The position numbers were made by a program, and so were the translations under genes. Below the pieces are notes generated by a model. That model was given only the letters and a program-made list of their open reading frames with translations, did no database searches and was not told the origin of the DNA. This document shows, one piece after another, positions 51,371 to 60,975 of a stretch of DNA of 64,000 bases; positions within the stretch are counted from its first letter, which is position 1, and each line of letters opens with the position of its first letter. The stretch is taken from the NCBI GenBank assembly GCA_963827235.1, contig CAWHAE010000009.1:992001-1056000 (forward strand). The letters are read 5' to 3'. This stretch comes from an uncultured bacterium (lineage in GTDB: Bacteria; Chloroflexota; UBA5177; JANWHV01).

Positions 51371-53460
51371 GGAGAGCCGGATACGGTTCGGCATCAGCCT
51401 GCGGGAGGGGCTGGTGGGGCCGGCGGACAAGCGGGAAGTGGAGGTGGTGTGCATCCGGCCGGGTCTCTCGCGGAACGGCAACTACTACGGGCCGGAGTGC
51501 CTGGCGGAGGCGGTGCCGCTGTTCGAGGGGGCGCGGGCCTACGTGGACCATTCGGACGCCACGCTGCGCAGCGTGCGGGACCTGGCGGGGTCATACAAGA
51601 AGGTGCGGCTGGGCGGTGAGGGCGAGGTCCGGGCGACGCTGCGCATCTCGAAGAGCCAGGAGTGGCTGTGGGCGCTGATCCAGGAGTCGGTGGAGGAGGG
51701 GACGGACCTGGTGGGGCTGTCCATCGACGTGCAGGCGAAGGTGGTGGAGGGGCAGGTAGGCGGCCGGCGGGCGCGCATCGTGGAGCACATCCACACGCTC
51801 TCCAGCGTGGACGTGATCACGAAGGCATCGGCGGGTGGCACGTGGAGATCGTCGAGGAAGCGGGAACGAGGGCGCGTTCCAAGAAGCGGACAAGCAGAGT
51901 TGGTGGGACCAGTGCGAGCCGCTGAACGAGCAGGGGGCGGTGCTGGCGGAGCGGGCGGTGCGCGGCGGGACGTCGGTCGTGGGGCAGCAGCAGCCGGTGC
52001 CGGCGGGGCAGGTGAATCCGGTGCAGCTGGGACCGAGCGTTGGGCAGGCGATTCCTGGGGGTGAAGTGCAGTTGGGAGGGACGTACGTGGTGCAGACCGG
52101 CAGCAATCAGGTGGCGGGCGGCGGTGAGGGTCCGGCTACGGTGGCTCCGGTGGCGCCGCCTGCGCAGATGGTCTCGGCGAGCCAGGCGATCCGGGAGGGG
52201 AACGCGGCTGGAGCCTCCGACTGCGGTCGGATGGCAGCGAACGGGGGCACTGCGGTGCCCGGCGGCGGGATGGCGGTGCGCGAGGGCGAGAGCGCGGCGG
52301 GGGACGTGGCGCGGCTGCCGGAGGAAGTGCGGCAGGAGCGGGCGGTCTTCGCCGGCGAACGGTTGGTGGAGAGCACGCTGGGCAAGACAGAGCTGCCGGC
52401 GGCGATCCGGGCGCGGGTGGCACGGCGGTTTGCCGGTCAGGTGGTCCAGGAGGCGGACCTGCAGGCGGCAATCGACGAGGAGCGGGCCGTGCTGGCGGAG
52501 CTGACGGCGGGCGGGCTGATCCGGGGCATGGGCTACGAGAAGCGGGTCAGCATCGGCATGACGGAGGCGGAGCGGCTGCAGAAGGCGTTCGACCAGCTCT
52601 TCGACATCCAGGAGGGCGACAAGGTACCGGCGCTCTCGGGCATTCGGGAAGCCTACGCGGTGGCCACGCACGACTACGCGGTGACGGGCATCACGCCGTT
52701 GGAGCGGTTGCAGGAAGCGGACACCACGACCTCGACCTTCAGCTACCTGCTGGGCACGAGCATGAACAAGCGGCTGCTCAAGGACTACCAGGCATGGCCC
52801 AGCGAATGGCAGAAGTGGTGCACGATCACGCCGATCAAGGACTTCAAGCTGCAGAACCGGGTGCGGCTGGGTGCCTTCGGCTCGCTGACCACGGTGAGTG
52901 AAGACACGGCGTACACCACGATCACGCTCTCGGACGTGCAGGCGACCTACTCGCCGGCCAAGCGGGGCAACCTGGTGGCGGTGACGCGGGAGACGATCGT
53001 GAACGACGACCTGTACGCGATCAAGCAGATCCCGGGGAAGCTGGCGGTGGCGGCGGCGTTCACGCTGGCGGAGTTCGTATACGGGCTGGTGGCGGCGAAC
53101 GGGGGCAACATCTACGACGGCAACAAGCTGTTCGACTCGATCAACCACCTGAACACGGGCATCATTACCGCCAACCTGGGCACGGCGAACTCGGGGGCGG
53201 CGCTGGCGTCCGCGGCGCTGCAGACGGCGGTGACGAAGATGCGGCGGCAGGCGAACCTGGCGAGCAAGCCGATCGGGCTCAAGCCGCGCTTCATCGTGGT
53301 GCCGCCGGAGCTGGAGTGGACGGCGATGGTGATCACCAAGAGTGCCGGTGCGCCGGGTGGGAACAATAACGACATCAACCCGATGCTGGGCTACTGCGAG
53401 GTGATGGTGGCGCCGCAGATCTGTCAGTTTAAGCATAGGTTTGCGTATCGCGCAACCTGA
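51360..53460 (+). pseudogene. Prohead protease-scaffold-Mu gpT-like major capsid polyprotein; frameshifted near 51845-51865 and truncated at 53421
   Basis: Protease motifs G.SRNG.YY, YVDH, GLSI, SVDVI...SAGG; capsid motifs NKRLL..Y, DFK, K.G....TRETIVNDDL, IP.KLA.AA, YDG.KLF..H.N, P.FIVVPPELE; expected C-terminus replaced by transposon-end sequence. Confidence 0.85.
52212..52256. repeat. REP-like hairpin, copy 4, in frame inside the capsid linker
   Basis: AGCCTCCGACTGCGGTCGGATGGCAGC encodes ASDCGRMAA. Confidence 0.75.
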
Positions 53461-53495
53461 TCGTTAAAATCGGCGCACGCAAATATATGCTTAAA
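53422..53495. repeat. Transposon end with three putative TnsB binding sites
   Basis: TGTCAG then TTTAAGCATAGGTTTGCG (53428-53445); inverted copies at 53451-53468 (TTTAACGATCAGGTTGCG) and 53478-53495 (TTTAAGCATATATTTGCG). Confidence 0.85.
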
Positions 53496-54063
53496 GAACC
53501 GTCCGACGTGCTTGTCTTGTGACACTGATACTTCGGTGCGGAGCCTTCACTGAACCTCATCGCAAGACCAAGAATGGCCAACGCTTAAGTCGCTGCTCAC
53601 ACTTCGCTTACCCTGCAACTGCCTATGCCCGCTTCGGCAGCAACCACCACGCCGAACAGCACACCGCAGTGCATCCAGCAAGCAACTGCGGCGATCATTG
53701 CCACATTTGCATTACGCTGCGGCAGACCTCTCGAGCACCCAAAGTGAAGGGGCAGATACGCATGTCAACGCACGCACGCCGCGAGAATCGGTTATCGCGT
53801 GCGCCTAGAAGCACGCCGCGGCATGCCGACGCGCGGCAGCGTTTAGGCGACGGGAGCCTGCACCGACGTGACCGCACGATGGCCTCCGATGCCTTCAGCA
53901 CGAAGAACACGCCGGGCAAGGCGTGCACCAACCAAACGGTGATCAACATCTACGCGCGTGCCGATCTCGCCTGACGTCCGGCGTCTGCATACTCTACCCC
54001 GTGGAATAGCAGTGTCCACTTCCACGCCGGCGGCCACGTGTCGACCAGATTCATCGAGATCGC

Positions 54064-55551
54064 TCAGAGACTTGGCAGGTCGCGTTCACCACCCGGAGTC
54101 CATCCAGACTTCTCAAGCGCAGACTCCCAGACAGCGTAAAAGATCGGATCCGCGTGATGCGCAGGTGTAGCAAGTCGCTCAATCACTTTCGCCTGGCTGG
54201 GATACTCATCGGCAGCTGTAAGCTCACGTACAATCACATCTACCTCGCGAGCAAGTCCGGCCATTCGGTTGAGACTCCGGTTGCGCTCGTAGCGCCCGTG
54301 AAACTGCGCGATGCGCGCGCACTGCTTTGGATACATGTTCGTGAGCAAAGCAGCATCACACTCAAGACGGCGCGCCAATTGATGTACCGAGGGTGGAGGC
54401 ACGATGTGCCCCGCCAACGCAGCCTCCAGCACCTGGTTGATATCGTCAGACCAGCGGCTTCGATGTGGGCGGGTTGGCGCGCGCATAGGCACGTATTCGT
54501 TCACGAGCGGAGTCAGCGTATCGTGAGGATCAGGCAACTCACCAGTCAGGAAAGTCACCACTCCCACACCCAACCCGGCGCATAACCGCAGGAGTTCGGG
54601 AAATGAAGGCACGCTCACTCCTGTAAGCCATCTTCGTACGGTGTCTTGATGCTGCCCAGTCTTCTGCGCCAGCGCGCGCACCCCAGTGCCATTGACTCTC
54701 CGGGTGGCGGCAGGAGACGCAGTCTCATGCAGTCGCGAAGCAACCCTCTCCTTACCCGGCGGTGAGACGCGGGGAGCTACGGCCACTAGATCTCCTGCCT
54801 GCCGGGCGACCCACATTTCCCAGCGCCCCTCATGGGTTTCGGTTGCTACAGGGTGCTGGGCCGCACGTATCCCATGAACCTTGCTACCCAACGAATCCCC
54901 ACAATGGGGACAAAAGCCAGGACGCGTTATCGGACCCAGCACCGGCATTTCTCGCCAGCACCTTGGATTTGCGCATCGGTCCAGGAGATAGACGTGATGC
55001 CGTAGGCAGACTTGAACAGCGCCGATGGCCCACACCAATCGGTCAGACACAATACCGCCATCTTGCTGCATCTCTTGATAGCAGTATGGACAGTACGCAC
55101 GCATGGATCGTAGCAAGCCTCTAGACGCGATCACGCTACGCCACGTCAGCAGAGTCAGAGATCCGAGCAGTGCTGGCTGGCAAGTCAGCACTTCGACCGC
55201 GTTGACGATCGCCTCAGCCTGACCATCCAACCCATTAATGGCCACAGCGTCCCGCAGCAGCATCCTGCCGAGGGTACGGTCCGACAAGTTGGGCCGCTGC
55301 GCCATCGGGAAGATCTCCTCACCCATCAGCGTGCGAAGGTGTACACAGTGCGCAAACGCCAGGCGTGCCAAATAACCGCTCATACCTTCCACGTCCGGCG
55401 TACCAACCCACTGCGGTGCCAGACGATATAAACGGCTTCGAGCTGAGATCTGGGGAAGTGTGAGGTCAAACACGGCATTGCCGCCGACAGTGGAATTCCA
55501 GGCGGCTTCGTCATCACTCAGATTGTCGATGACAATCACGCTTCTTTCCAC
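54064..55551 (-). CDS. tniQ: TniQ/TnsD-family target selector with zinc fingers and C-terminal HTH domains
   Basis: SRLY.L.P..VGTP.VE..SGYL.RLA.AH, YCPYC, C..H...L.D.C and FCPHCG; XRE-like VRALAQKTG..TVRRW. Confidence 0.9.
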   Translation of the reverse strand: MERSVIVIDNLSDDEAAWNSTVGGNAVFDLTLPQISARSRLYRLAPQWVGTPDVEGMSGYLARLAFAHCVHLRTLMGEEIFPMAQRPNLSDRTLGRMLLRDAVAINGLDGQAEAIVNAVEVLTCQPALLGSLTLLTWRSVIASRGLLRSMRAYCPYCYQEMQQDGGIVSDRLVWAIGAVQVCLRHHVYLLDRCANPRCWREMPVLGPITRPGFCPHCGDSLGSKVHGIRAAQHPVATETHEGRWEMWVARQAGDLVAVAPRVSPPGKERVASRLHETASPAATRRVNGTGVRALAQKTGQHQDTVRRWLTGVSVPSFPELLRLCAGLGVGVVTFLTGELPDPHDTLTPLVNEYVPMRAPTRPHRSRWSDDINQVLEAALAGHIVPPPSVHQLARRLECDAALLTNMYPKQCARIAQFHGRYERNRSLNRMAGLAREVDVIVRELTAADEYPSQAKVIERLATPAHHADPIFYAVWESALEKSGWTPGGERDLPSL

Positions 55552-56819
55552 GCTTGACCCCCTTCGCCACCAACTGGGTCTCGTGTCGGACGGCGTTCAC
55601 CGACCCCGCGCTTGGAATCACGCCGACCAGTCGTTTTTCCGCTGGTCCTGCCATCGCCGTCAGAAACACCGGCGTACTCAGCACCGGGTAGCGTCATGCG
55701 ACCGGCGCCATGACAAAGAGCGTCAAACTGCCGGGTCCTCCACGCGCGCTCCACCGCAGGACTCACCAGAACGGATCTTTCCCCCGTCTGCGCAGCGTCG
55801 ATGAGCCTATCAATATCTTCTGGCGATTGCATGTACTGCTCCACCTGCTTCATGGTAACCTTCGGCGGATCCTTGCTGAGCCCATCAGCCAACACGTGGG
55901 TGAGCAGGTCCTTGAGCGTACCGATACAGCCAATGCATGCCAGGTAGCACTGTCTCCATCGAGTCATCAACTCTATGGGAGTCTCGGGAACTGGCATCTG
56001 AAGCAGCAACGTCTTAAGCGCTGACTGAAAACTGGCGACGTGTTCCTTTTGCGCAATATCGTAACGCGGGATATAGATCTGGTGTCCACCGGAAAGCATG
56101 TCAGTATTGACCTCCCGCAGTGCGTGAAGGTCATCCGTGCCCACCAATACATGCACTACCTTGCAGCGCTTTGCCATCCCTCGGATGACTTCTGCGCGGA
56201 CCTCCAGCGAGTCCGATGAGCACGACAACAACAGGCGCTGCGCTTCGAAGATGAAGAACGCAAGCGGCCTACGTTTATTCAGCGCAGACTCAACAGCATC
56301 CTGCAAGCCCGCAGTTGAATGGTTATAGTGCTTCGATGGCACTGGAGCCAGCGCAGGCCACAATGGGAGCTGGCCAGGTTGGTGCTCAAACGCACGGATC
56401 CGAGCAATCATCGGGACTTGCAGCGCACGCAGGGCATCGCTGTAATGTCGAGCCCAGCCATACCCCCCATTTTCCGGTGCTTTCGCCTCTATTTGTGGAA
56501 GCAGCACACGACCCCTATCTGACTCAAGCTCCTCACGATATTCATCCGCAAGAAGCTTAATGACCTCAGCGCAAGCCGTACGCTTACCTACGCCTTGGGG
56601 GCCACACACCAAGATATGCGACCAACTACCCGGCGTTCGAATCGCATTCAACAGGTCATCACGCGCAGTAGTAAGCGCTGGATGTTCAATCACCGTTTGC
56701 TGAAAGTACGCAAGCCGCTCAGCCGCTGGCTGTCGGAGCAAATCACGCGGAAAGAGACCAGGGCCTAGGGGATTCGCTGTAGATCCTTCGCTCTCGCCTG
56801 CGTCGAACGTTTGATCCAT
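55536..56819 (-). CDS. tnsC: TnsC/TniB AAA+ ATPase with atypical Walker motifs
   Basis: ERL.YF....I.HP; Walker A GPQGVGKR, Walker B FFIFEAQ, HVLVGT and GCIG.LKD; lies between tnsAB and tniQ. Confidence 0.88.
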   Translation of the reverse strand: MDQTFDAGESEGSTANPLGPGLFPRDLLRQPAAERLAYFQQTVIEHPALTTARDDLLNAIRTPGSWSHILVCGPQGVGKRTACAEVIKLLADEYREELESDRGRVLLPQIEAKAPENGGYGWARHYSDALRALQVPMIARIRAFEHQPGQLPLWPALAPVPSKHYNHSTAGLQDAVESALNKRRPLAFFIFEAQRLLLSCSSDSLEVRAEVIRGMAKRCKVVHVLVGTDDLHALREVNTDMLSGGHQIYIPRYDIAQKEHVASFQSALKTLLLQMPVPETPIELMTRWRQCYLACIGCIGTLKDLLTHVLADGLSKDPPKVTMKQVEQYMQSPEDIDRLIDAAQTGERSVLVSPAVERAWRTRQFDALCHGAGRMTLPGAEYAGVSDGDGRTSGKTTGRRDSKRGVGERRPTRDPVGGEGGQAWKEA

Positions 56820-56820
56820 C

Positions 56821-59800
56821 TCACGTCAACCGTTCGGTCGTGGGTATCGCGTCAAAATCGAGCGCGAGATCGTCAGCATCGTAAGCACCACGAACACCGT
56901 GCTCAGTCGGGACCGTGCTCCTATTCCGCAGAACCTGCTGGCTCGAGGAGGGAAGCAACACCAGCGGTGGGCGGTCAGATTCGGGGGACTGCTGCGATAC
57001 GGTCGGACTTCCCTCAGCACGATCACTTGGTGCCGGAGAGACTTGCAGTGCAGAGTCCTGCACCTTATCCTCCGGATTACCGGGAAGCACGGCGTCATCG
57101 ATTCTAACAGTGAGTAGGGTCAAAACCGGTTCATGATTCACGTCTTCAGGAGCGACAGGTCGCACCACCAGCGCAGACTGTGCTGGAGCAACCCCGCCAG
57201 CTGGAACCGGCCCACCGGCAATCCGTTGGTTAACAGCAATGTGTAGTGCATCGCGTTTACGTTGCATCAACACTGCCTGGGTCACATCGACGCTGTGCAG
57301 ATAAGCCGCCAGATCCCCAACGTTCAACGTCTTTGAAGCTCGATACGATGCGCGGTTCTTCGCCCGCAACTCCGCAGACGCCAGGCGAAGCAAGCGCTCA
57401 GACATGCCTTTGAACAGGTGGGAGTGGTAGTACGAGAAGCACTTCACCCAACGTCCCACCCGCACCAAGATATACCCCGCATCAAAGGGATCGTACTTCA
57501 CCTCAACACGCGTCCCATTGAACCTGCCCGGAATTGGCGAGGGCACCTTGTAGATCACGTGGTGGAGTTGCACCTGCCCTTTCTTATTAAGCTTCGCAAC
57601 CCCGGTCCGCGTCGTCGGGAGAGTCTCACGCAGAAAGTCATCATCATAGGCGATACGCTTGAAGTCCCGCTCACCAGAGAGGCGCACGCTCTGCTCAAAG
57701 GCATTCCGCGGCGAATCCAAGACGCCCCGGTGTACCGCGGTGTCGTATGTCCCGTAGGCCCAAGCGCAGATCTCCAAGTACAACGTCTCCAGGGACCAGA
57801 TTGCGTGCCGCGCAGGATCCACGGACACAGTCACCTGTCGCACATTGCGCATCACCGTGGTATTTCCCTCGAGGTTATGGATCAACTGTGTATTCAGCGT
57901 GCCGAAGAGTCGCTCGCCTATCGCACCGTGACGCGGCTCAGCGCTGGGACGCTGTCGCTTGATACAACCGTTCTGGGTCAACAACGATTCAAAGTACACC
58001 GAATCGAACTCAGATCCCCCATCAACCACGAGTGCACTAGGAAGGCGATTCCATCGCCGAACACAGTCGCGAATCACCATCATACACGACCGATAACTCG
58101 GCTCGTCAAACGTCAGATAGAGCGCCAGGATACGTCGCGAGAACGCATCCACCATCAGCGTCAGCCACGGTCGACCCAGCACCCTGTTGCTGTACATATC
58201 CATAAGTTGCACGTCAAGCTGCGTGTGATCGAGATGGGCCATCTCCCACGCTCGCACCCCGTGGCGCTCAGGGCCCTCGATTTCCAGGGGAACGTCTTCC
58301 TTGATCCCATAGGCCGCACGCCTCCCCTCACGACGTACTTTTTGCTCGTAGAGCGAAGTGTTGTTAACAGCCCTATAGAACGTCACGTGGCTGGGAGGCG
58401 GCAACCCTTTCTCCTGTGCCAAACGACACACCTCCACGTATGATGACCACGCCCTCCCACGCTTGAGGCCGAGAGCATTCTGTCCCAGATGCTTGTCCCT
58501 GATAACATCGCGCATGATCGCGTAGAGGCGGACATCCAATCGTTGCGAGGAATTCCCGGACCGCGGTTTCGGCAGCAAGCCAACATGACCGTTACCGTAG
58601 CAAACTTCAGCATCGCGGTAGTCCTTGCACCATTGCTGGCACGTACGCAGCGGCGGTGCCTTTGCCGGCAGATGTTCTCCACGCAGAAGCAGTTGCACGA
58701 AAGGATGCCGCCGCGTCGCTTCTGCGTGATCCTGCCGGGACGCGTGAAGCATTCTTTCCCGGCCGGCGGGGGTCATACTTCCTGTATGCGCGGGCAACTC
58801 TGGTAGGTTTGCTATTTCCCCACGGCCGACGAGGTCATCGAAGTCTCGATGCGAAACAGCAAGGACATCCCCGCTTGGACCGACGAGCCTGACGTTGTCA
58901 GCGTCGCCCCCTATCCACGAGAATCGTCCACCGCGCCACGTGACCGTCGCGCCCGGCGTCAAAGCCCGTATGCGAGCGATGCGCGAAACAGCCTCTGTCT
59001 TTGCTTGCTCTGCCAGCGCCCAAGACTGCGCGCTTTCGGCGTCCGCGTAGATCCGCATGCCTGGCCGACGCGCCAGTTGCTCGCTATGGAGGTCAACGCA
59101 GACCTCGCCACGTGCAATGAGCAGATACAGACTATCAGCAACGTTCGGAAAGCGCTGGAGGGATTCAGCGTCAATGATGTCGTGAGTCCGCACACCCGGC
59201 TGCGAACAAACAATGTCGATAAGAGCTTGGCGCAGTTCGGCCCGTACCTCTACGGGGCTTTCACACTGTAGATACTCAGCCAGGAATGAGATGTTCTCCT
59301 GGAACTTCCAGTTGATAGCCTTGGACGAGAAGACCCGATACTCAAGGCCGAACTGCGCCGCGTATGCTTGCCCAGGGGGACAGATCCAATCGGTATCGCC
59401 CACTCTCTGATAGCGATTCGGCTGCTCTACAGAAAGTTCCTGAAGCTTCTCTTCCTGCTTGCATTCCACCCACCAAGCCCCGCGCGCGGCCAGGACGAAG
59501 AAGTCAGGAGTATGCATTCCGCGCCATCGCCGCCCAGCCTTGGCCTGGTAGTCAAGGGGAATCTGCGGCGGTTGATCCCAGATCTCCAGGATGTCATCGT
59601 CGAACTCAGACAGCATGATAAACGGCAACTCGACGGTATGACTCTCGAACTGGACCGAATGACCCATCTTGCGACTCGGATACCGTCCGTGCACGTTTCC
59701 TGCGCGACCACTAACCAAGCGACTGGGAGGGGAACCACGGATGCCCGCGACTTCCGCACGCGCGGCATCAGATAGCCCCACCTCGCCGCACCACGCAGCA

Positions 59801-59823
59801 AACCCCGACTCCGAGAGTTTCAT
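56821..59823 (-). CDS. tnsAB: Fused TnsA endonuclease-TnsB DDE transposase
   Basis: TnsA motifs YPSRKMG..VQFES..E, TPDF and VECK; TnsB motifs HLDHT.LD, GRPWLT..VD, VVDGGSEF and ERLFGT; RBS GGAGAG before MKLS. Confidence 0.93.
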   Translation of the reverse strand: MKLSESGFAAWCGEVGLSDAARAEVAGIRGSPPSRLVSGRAGNVHGRYPSRKMGHSVQFESHTVELPFIMLSEFDDDILEIWDQPPQIPLDYQAKAGRRWRGMHTPDFFVLAARGAWWVECKQEEKLQELSVEQPNRYQRVGDTDWICPPGQAYAAQFGLEYRVFSSKAINWKFQENISFLAEYLQCESPVEVRAELRQALIDIVCSQPGVRTHDIIDAESLQRFPNVADSLYLLIARGEVCVDLHSEQLARRPGMRIYADAESAQSWALAEQAKTEAVSRIARIRALTPGATVTWRGGRFSWIGGDADNVRLVGPSGDVLAVSHRDFDDLVGRGEIANLPELPAHTGSMTPAGRERMLHASRQDHAEATRRHPFVQLLLRGEHLPAKAPPLRTCQQWCKDYRDAEVCYGNGHVGLLPKPRSGNSSQRLDVRLYAIMRDVIRDKHLGQNALGLKRGRAWSSYVEVCRLAQEKGLPPPSHVTFYRAVNNTSLYEQKVRREGRRAAYGIKEDVPLEIEGPERHGVRAWEMAHLDHTQLDVQLMDMYSNRVLGRPWLTLMVDAFSRRILALYLTFDEPSYRSCMMVIRDCVRRWNRLPSALVVDGGSEFDSVYFESLLTQNGCIKRQRPSAEPRHGAIGERLFGTLNTQLIHNLEGNTTVMRNVRQVTVSVDPARHAIWSLETLYLEICAWAYGTYDTAVHRGVLDSPRNAFEQSVRLSGERDFKRIAYDDDFLRETLPTTRTGVAKLNKKGQVQLHHVIYKVPSPIPGRFNGTRVEVKYDPFDAGYILVRVGRWVKCFSYYHSHLFKGMSERLLRLASAELRAKNRASYRASKTLNVGDLAAYLHSVDVTQAVLMQRKRDALHIAVNQRIAGGPVPAGGVAPAQSALVVRPVAPEDVNHEPVLTLLTVRIDDAVLPGNPEDKVQDSALQVSPAPSDRAEGSPTVSQQSPESDRPPLVLLPSSSQQVLRNRSTVPTEHGVRGAYDADDLALDFDAIPTTERLT

Positions 59824-60234
59824 GATACTCTCCAGCGAGCCGTTGACCGCGGCAACCAGCTTGAAATCCGCCTGGTGCTTGTAGCCACCATCATCGCGCA
59901 TGCTTGCCCGGCACCCAGACGCACCCTGCGCCGAGAAGCCGCAGAATTCGGGCCTAGTGTACACCGCACTCTACCCATTGAATACTCCCAATTCAGTTCG
60001 CCAGACCTCACGGATGGTGCGCGGGCAATCGGCAAGCCTCTGCAGTTTCGCGTCACCCAGTCGCTACTAAGCTCGAGCGGCTAACACCGACGTCAGAGGA
60101 ACGGCCCGGAACACCGTCCGTAGCTCCGCCGCCAAACCCGATACAACACCTGCGACGGCTCTAGTTGCCGACAACAGCAGTTCCCGCATCATCGTGCGCC
60201 CACCTGCTCCACCTGCGTGTCAACATGTAACTTC

Positions 60235-60975
60235 CTATAGGAGCCCCATAACCTCCGCCCAGGCAAGCGTAACATCGAGTTCCTGGCCGTTCTCAAGCGA
60301 AACTAAGATGATCCTCGACATGCAATGGGGCACCACGGCAAGACACTGCTGCAGCACGTAGTGATCGCGAGCCGAGAGTATCCGTACGGCCGACCAATCC
60401 GCAGCGATCGGAAGCACAGGGCAAAACTCAAGCACTTCGACCGCACCATCACTCGCCTGTACCACCGCGTCGGGGCGGGACCCTAACCCGCGACAGCCGT
60501 AGACCGCGTGCAAGTACGGTTGGACAGCCACCAGATGCCGGCCCATTCTCAGACAGGGCACATCCTGGGCATACGAGCGCAACCAGTAATATCCGGCAAG
60601 ATCCGGATGATCGTCTCCGCCAGCGTGCACCCACGCAGCCGCCCAGATAGCGCCGAGAGCCGCGCGCTCGATGATGGCACCTTGCAAGAGGTGCCGATGT
60701 ATCGCCACAGCGGCGCAATGCTGCGCCGTGTACCAGAGCGATGCCAGGCGCGACATGTCCGAAGCACAAGCCAATCCGTGCACTAGCTTGTGGTATTCAC
60801 CAAACCCCCAGCGCCAATCTGGATAAACCGGCGCGTCGTAAAGGGCGTGCATATCCAGACCGGGAAAGCAGCGCCCTTCTTGGTTCCTGTACACCACCCG
60901 TCCCACCTCACGCAGAGTCATCGTTCCCTTGTCGCCTTCGGTCACAAGAGGGGTCACAATGCGCACATAGCGCAA
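60235..60975 (-). CDS. Degenerate PD-(D/E)XK-fold protein, paralogue of 61772..62542
   Basis: Aligns by eye with the upstream paralogue (WAAAWVHAGG, RPDAVVQASDGAVEVLEF); lacks the catalytic Lys and the C-terminal Cys cluster; start uncertain. Confidence 0.7.
   Translation of the reverse strand: MRYVRIVTPLVTEGDKGTMTLREVGRVVYRNQEGRCFPGLDMHALYDAPVYPDWRWGFGEYHKLVHGLACASDMSRLASLWYTAQHCAAVAIHRHLLQGAIIERAALGAIWAAAWVHAGGDDHPDLAGYYWLRSYAQDVPCLRMGRHLVAVQPYLHAVYGCRGLGSRPDAVVQASDGAVEVLEFCPVLPIAADWSAVRILSARDHYVLQQCLAVVPHCMSRIILVSLENGQELDVTLAWAEVMGLL

Larger units (their letters stand above)
44726..53421 (+). mobile_element. Phage-derived head/lysis module (defective prophage or GTA-like), truncated by a transposon
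   Basis: Co-directional portal, lysin, protease and capsid genes; strong G skew on the + strand; no integrase or terminase in view. Confidence 0.8.
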
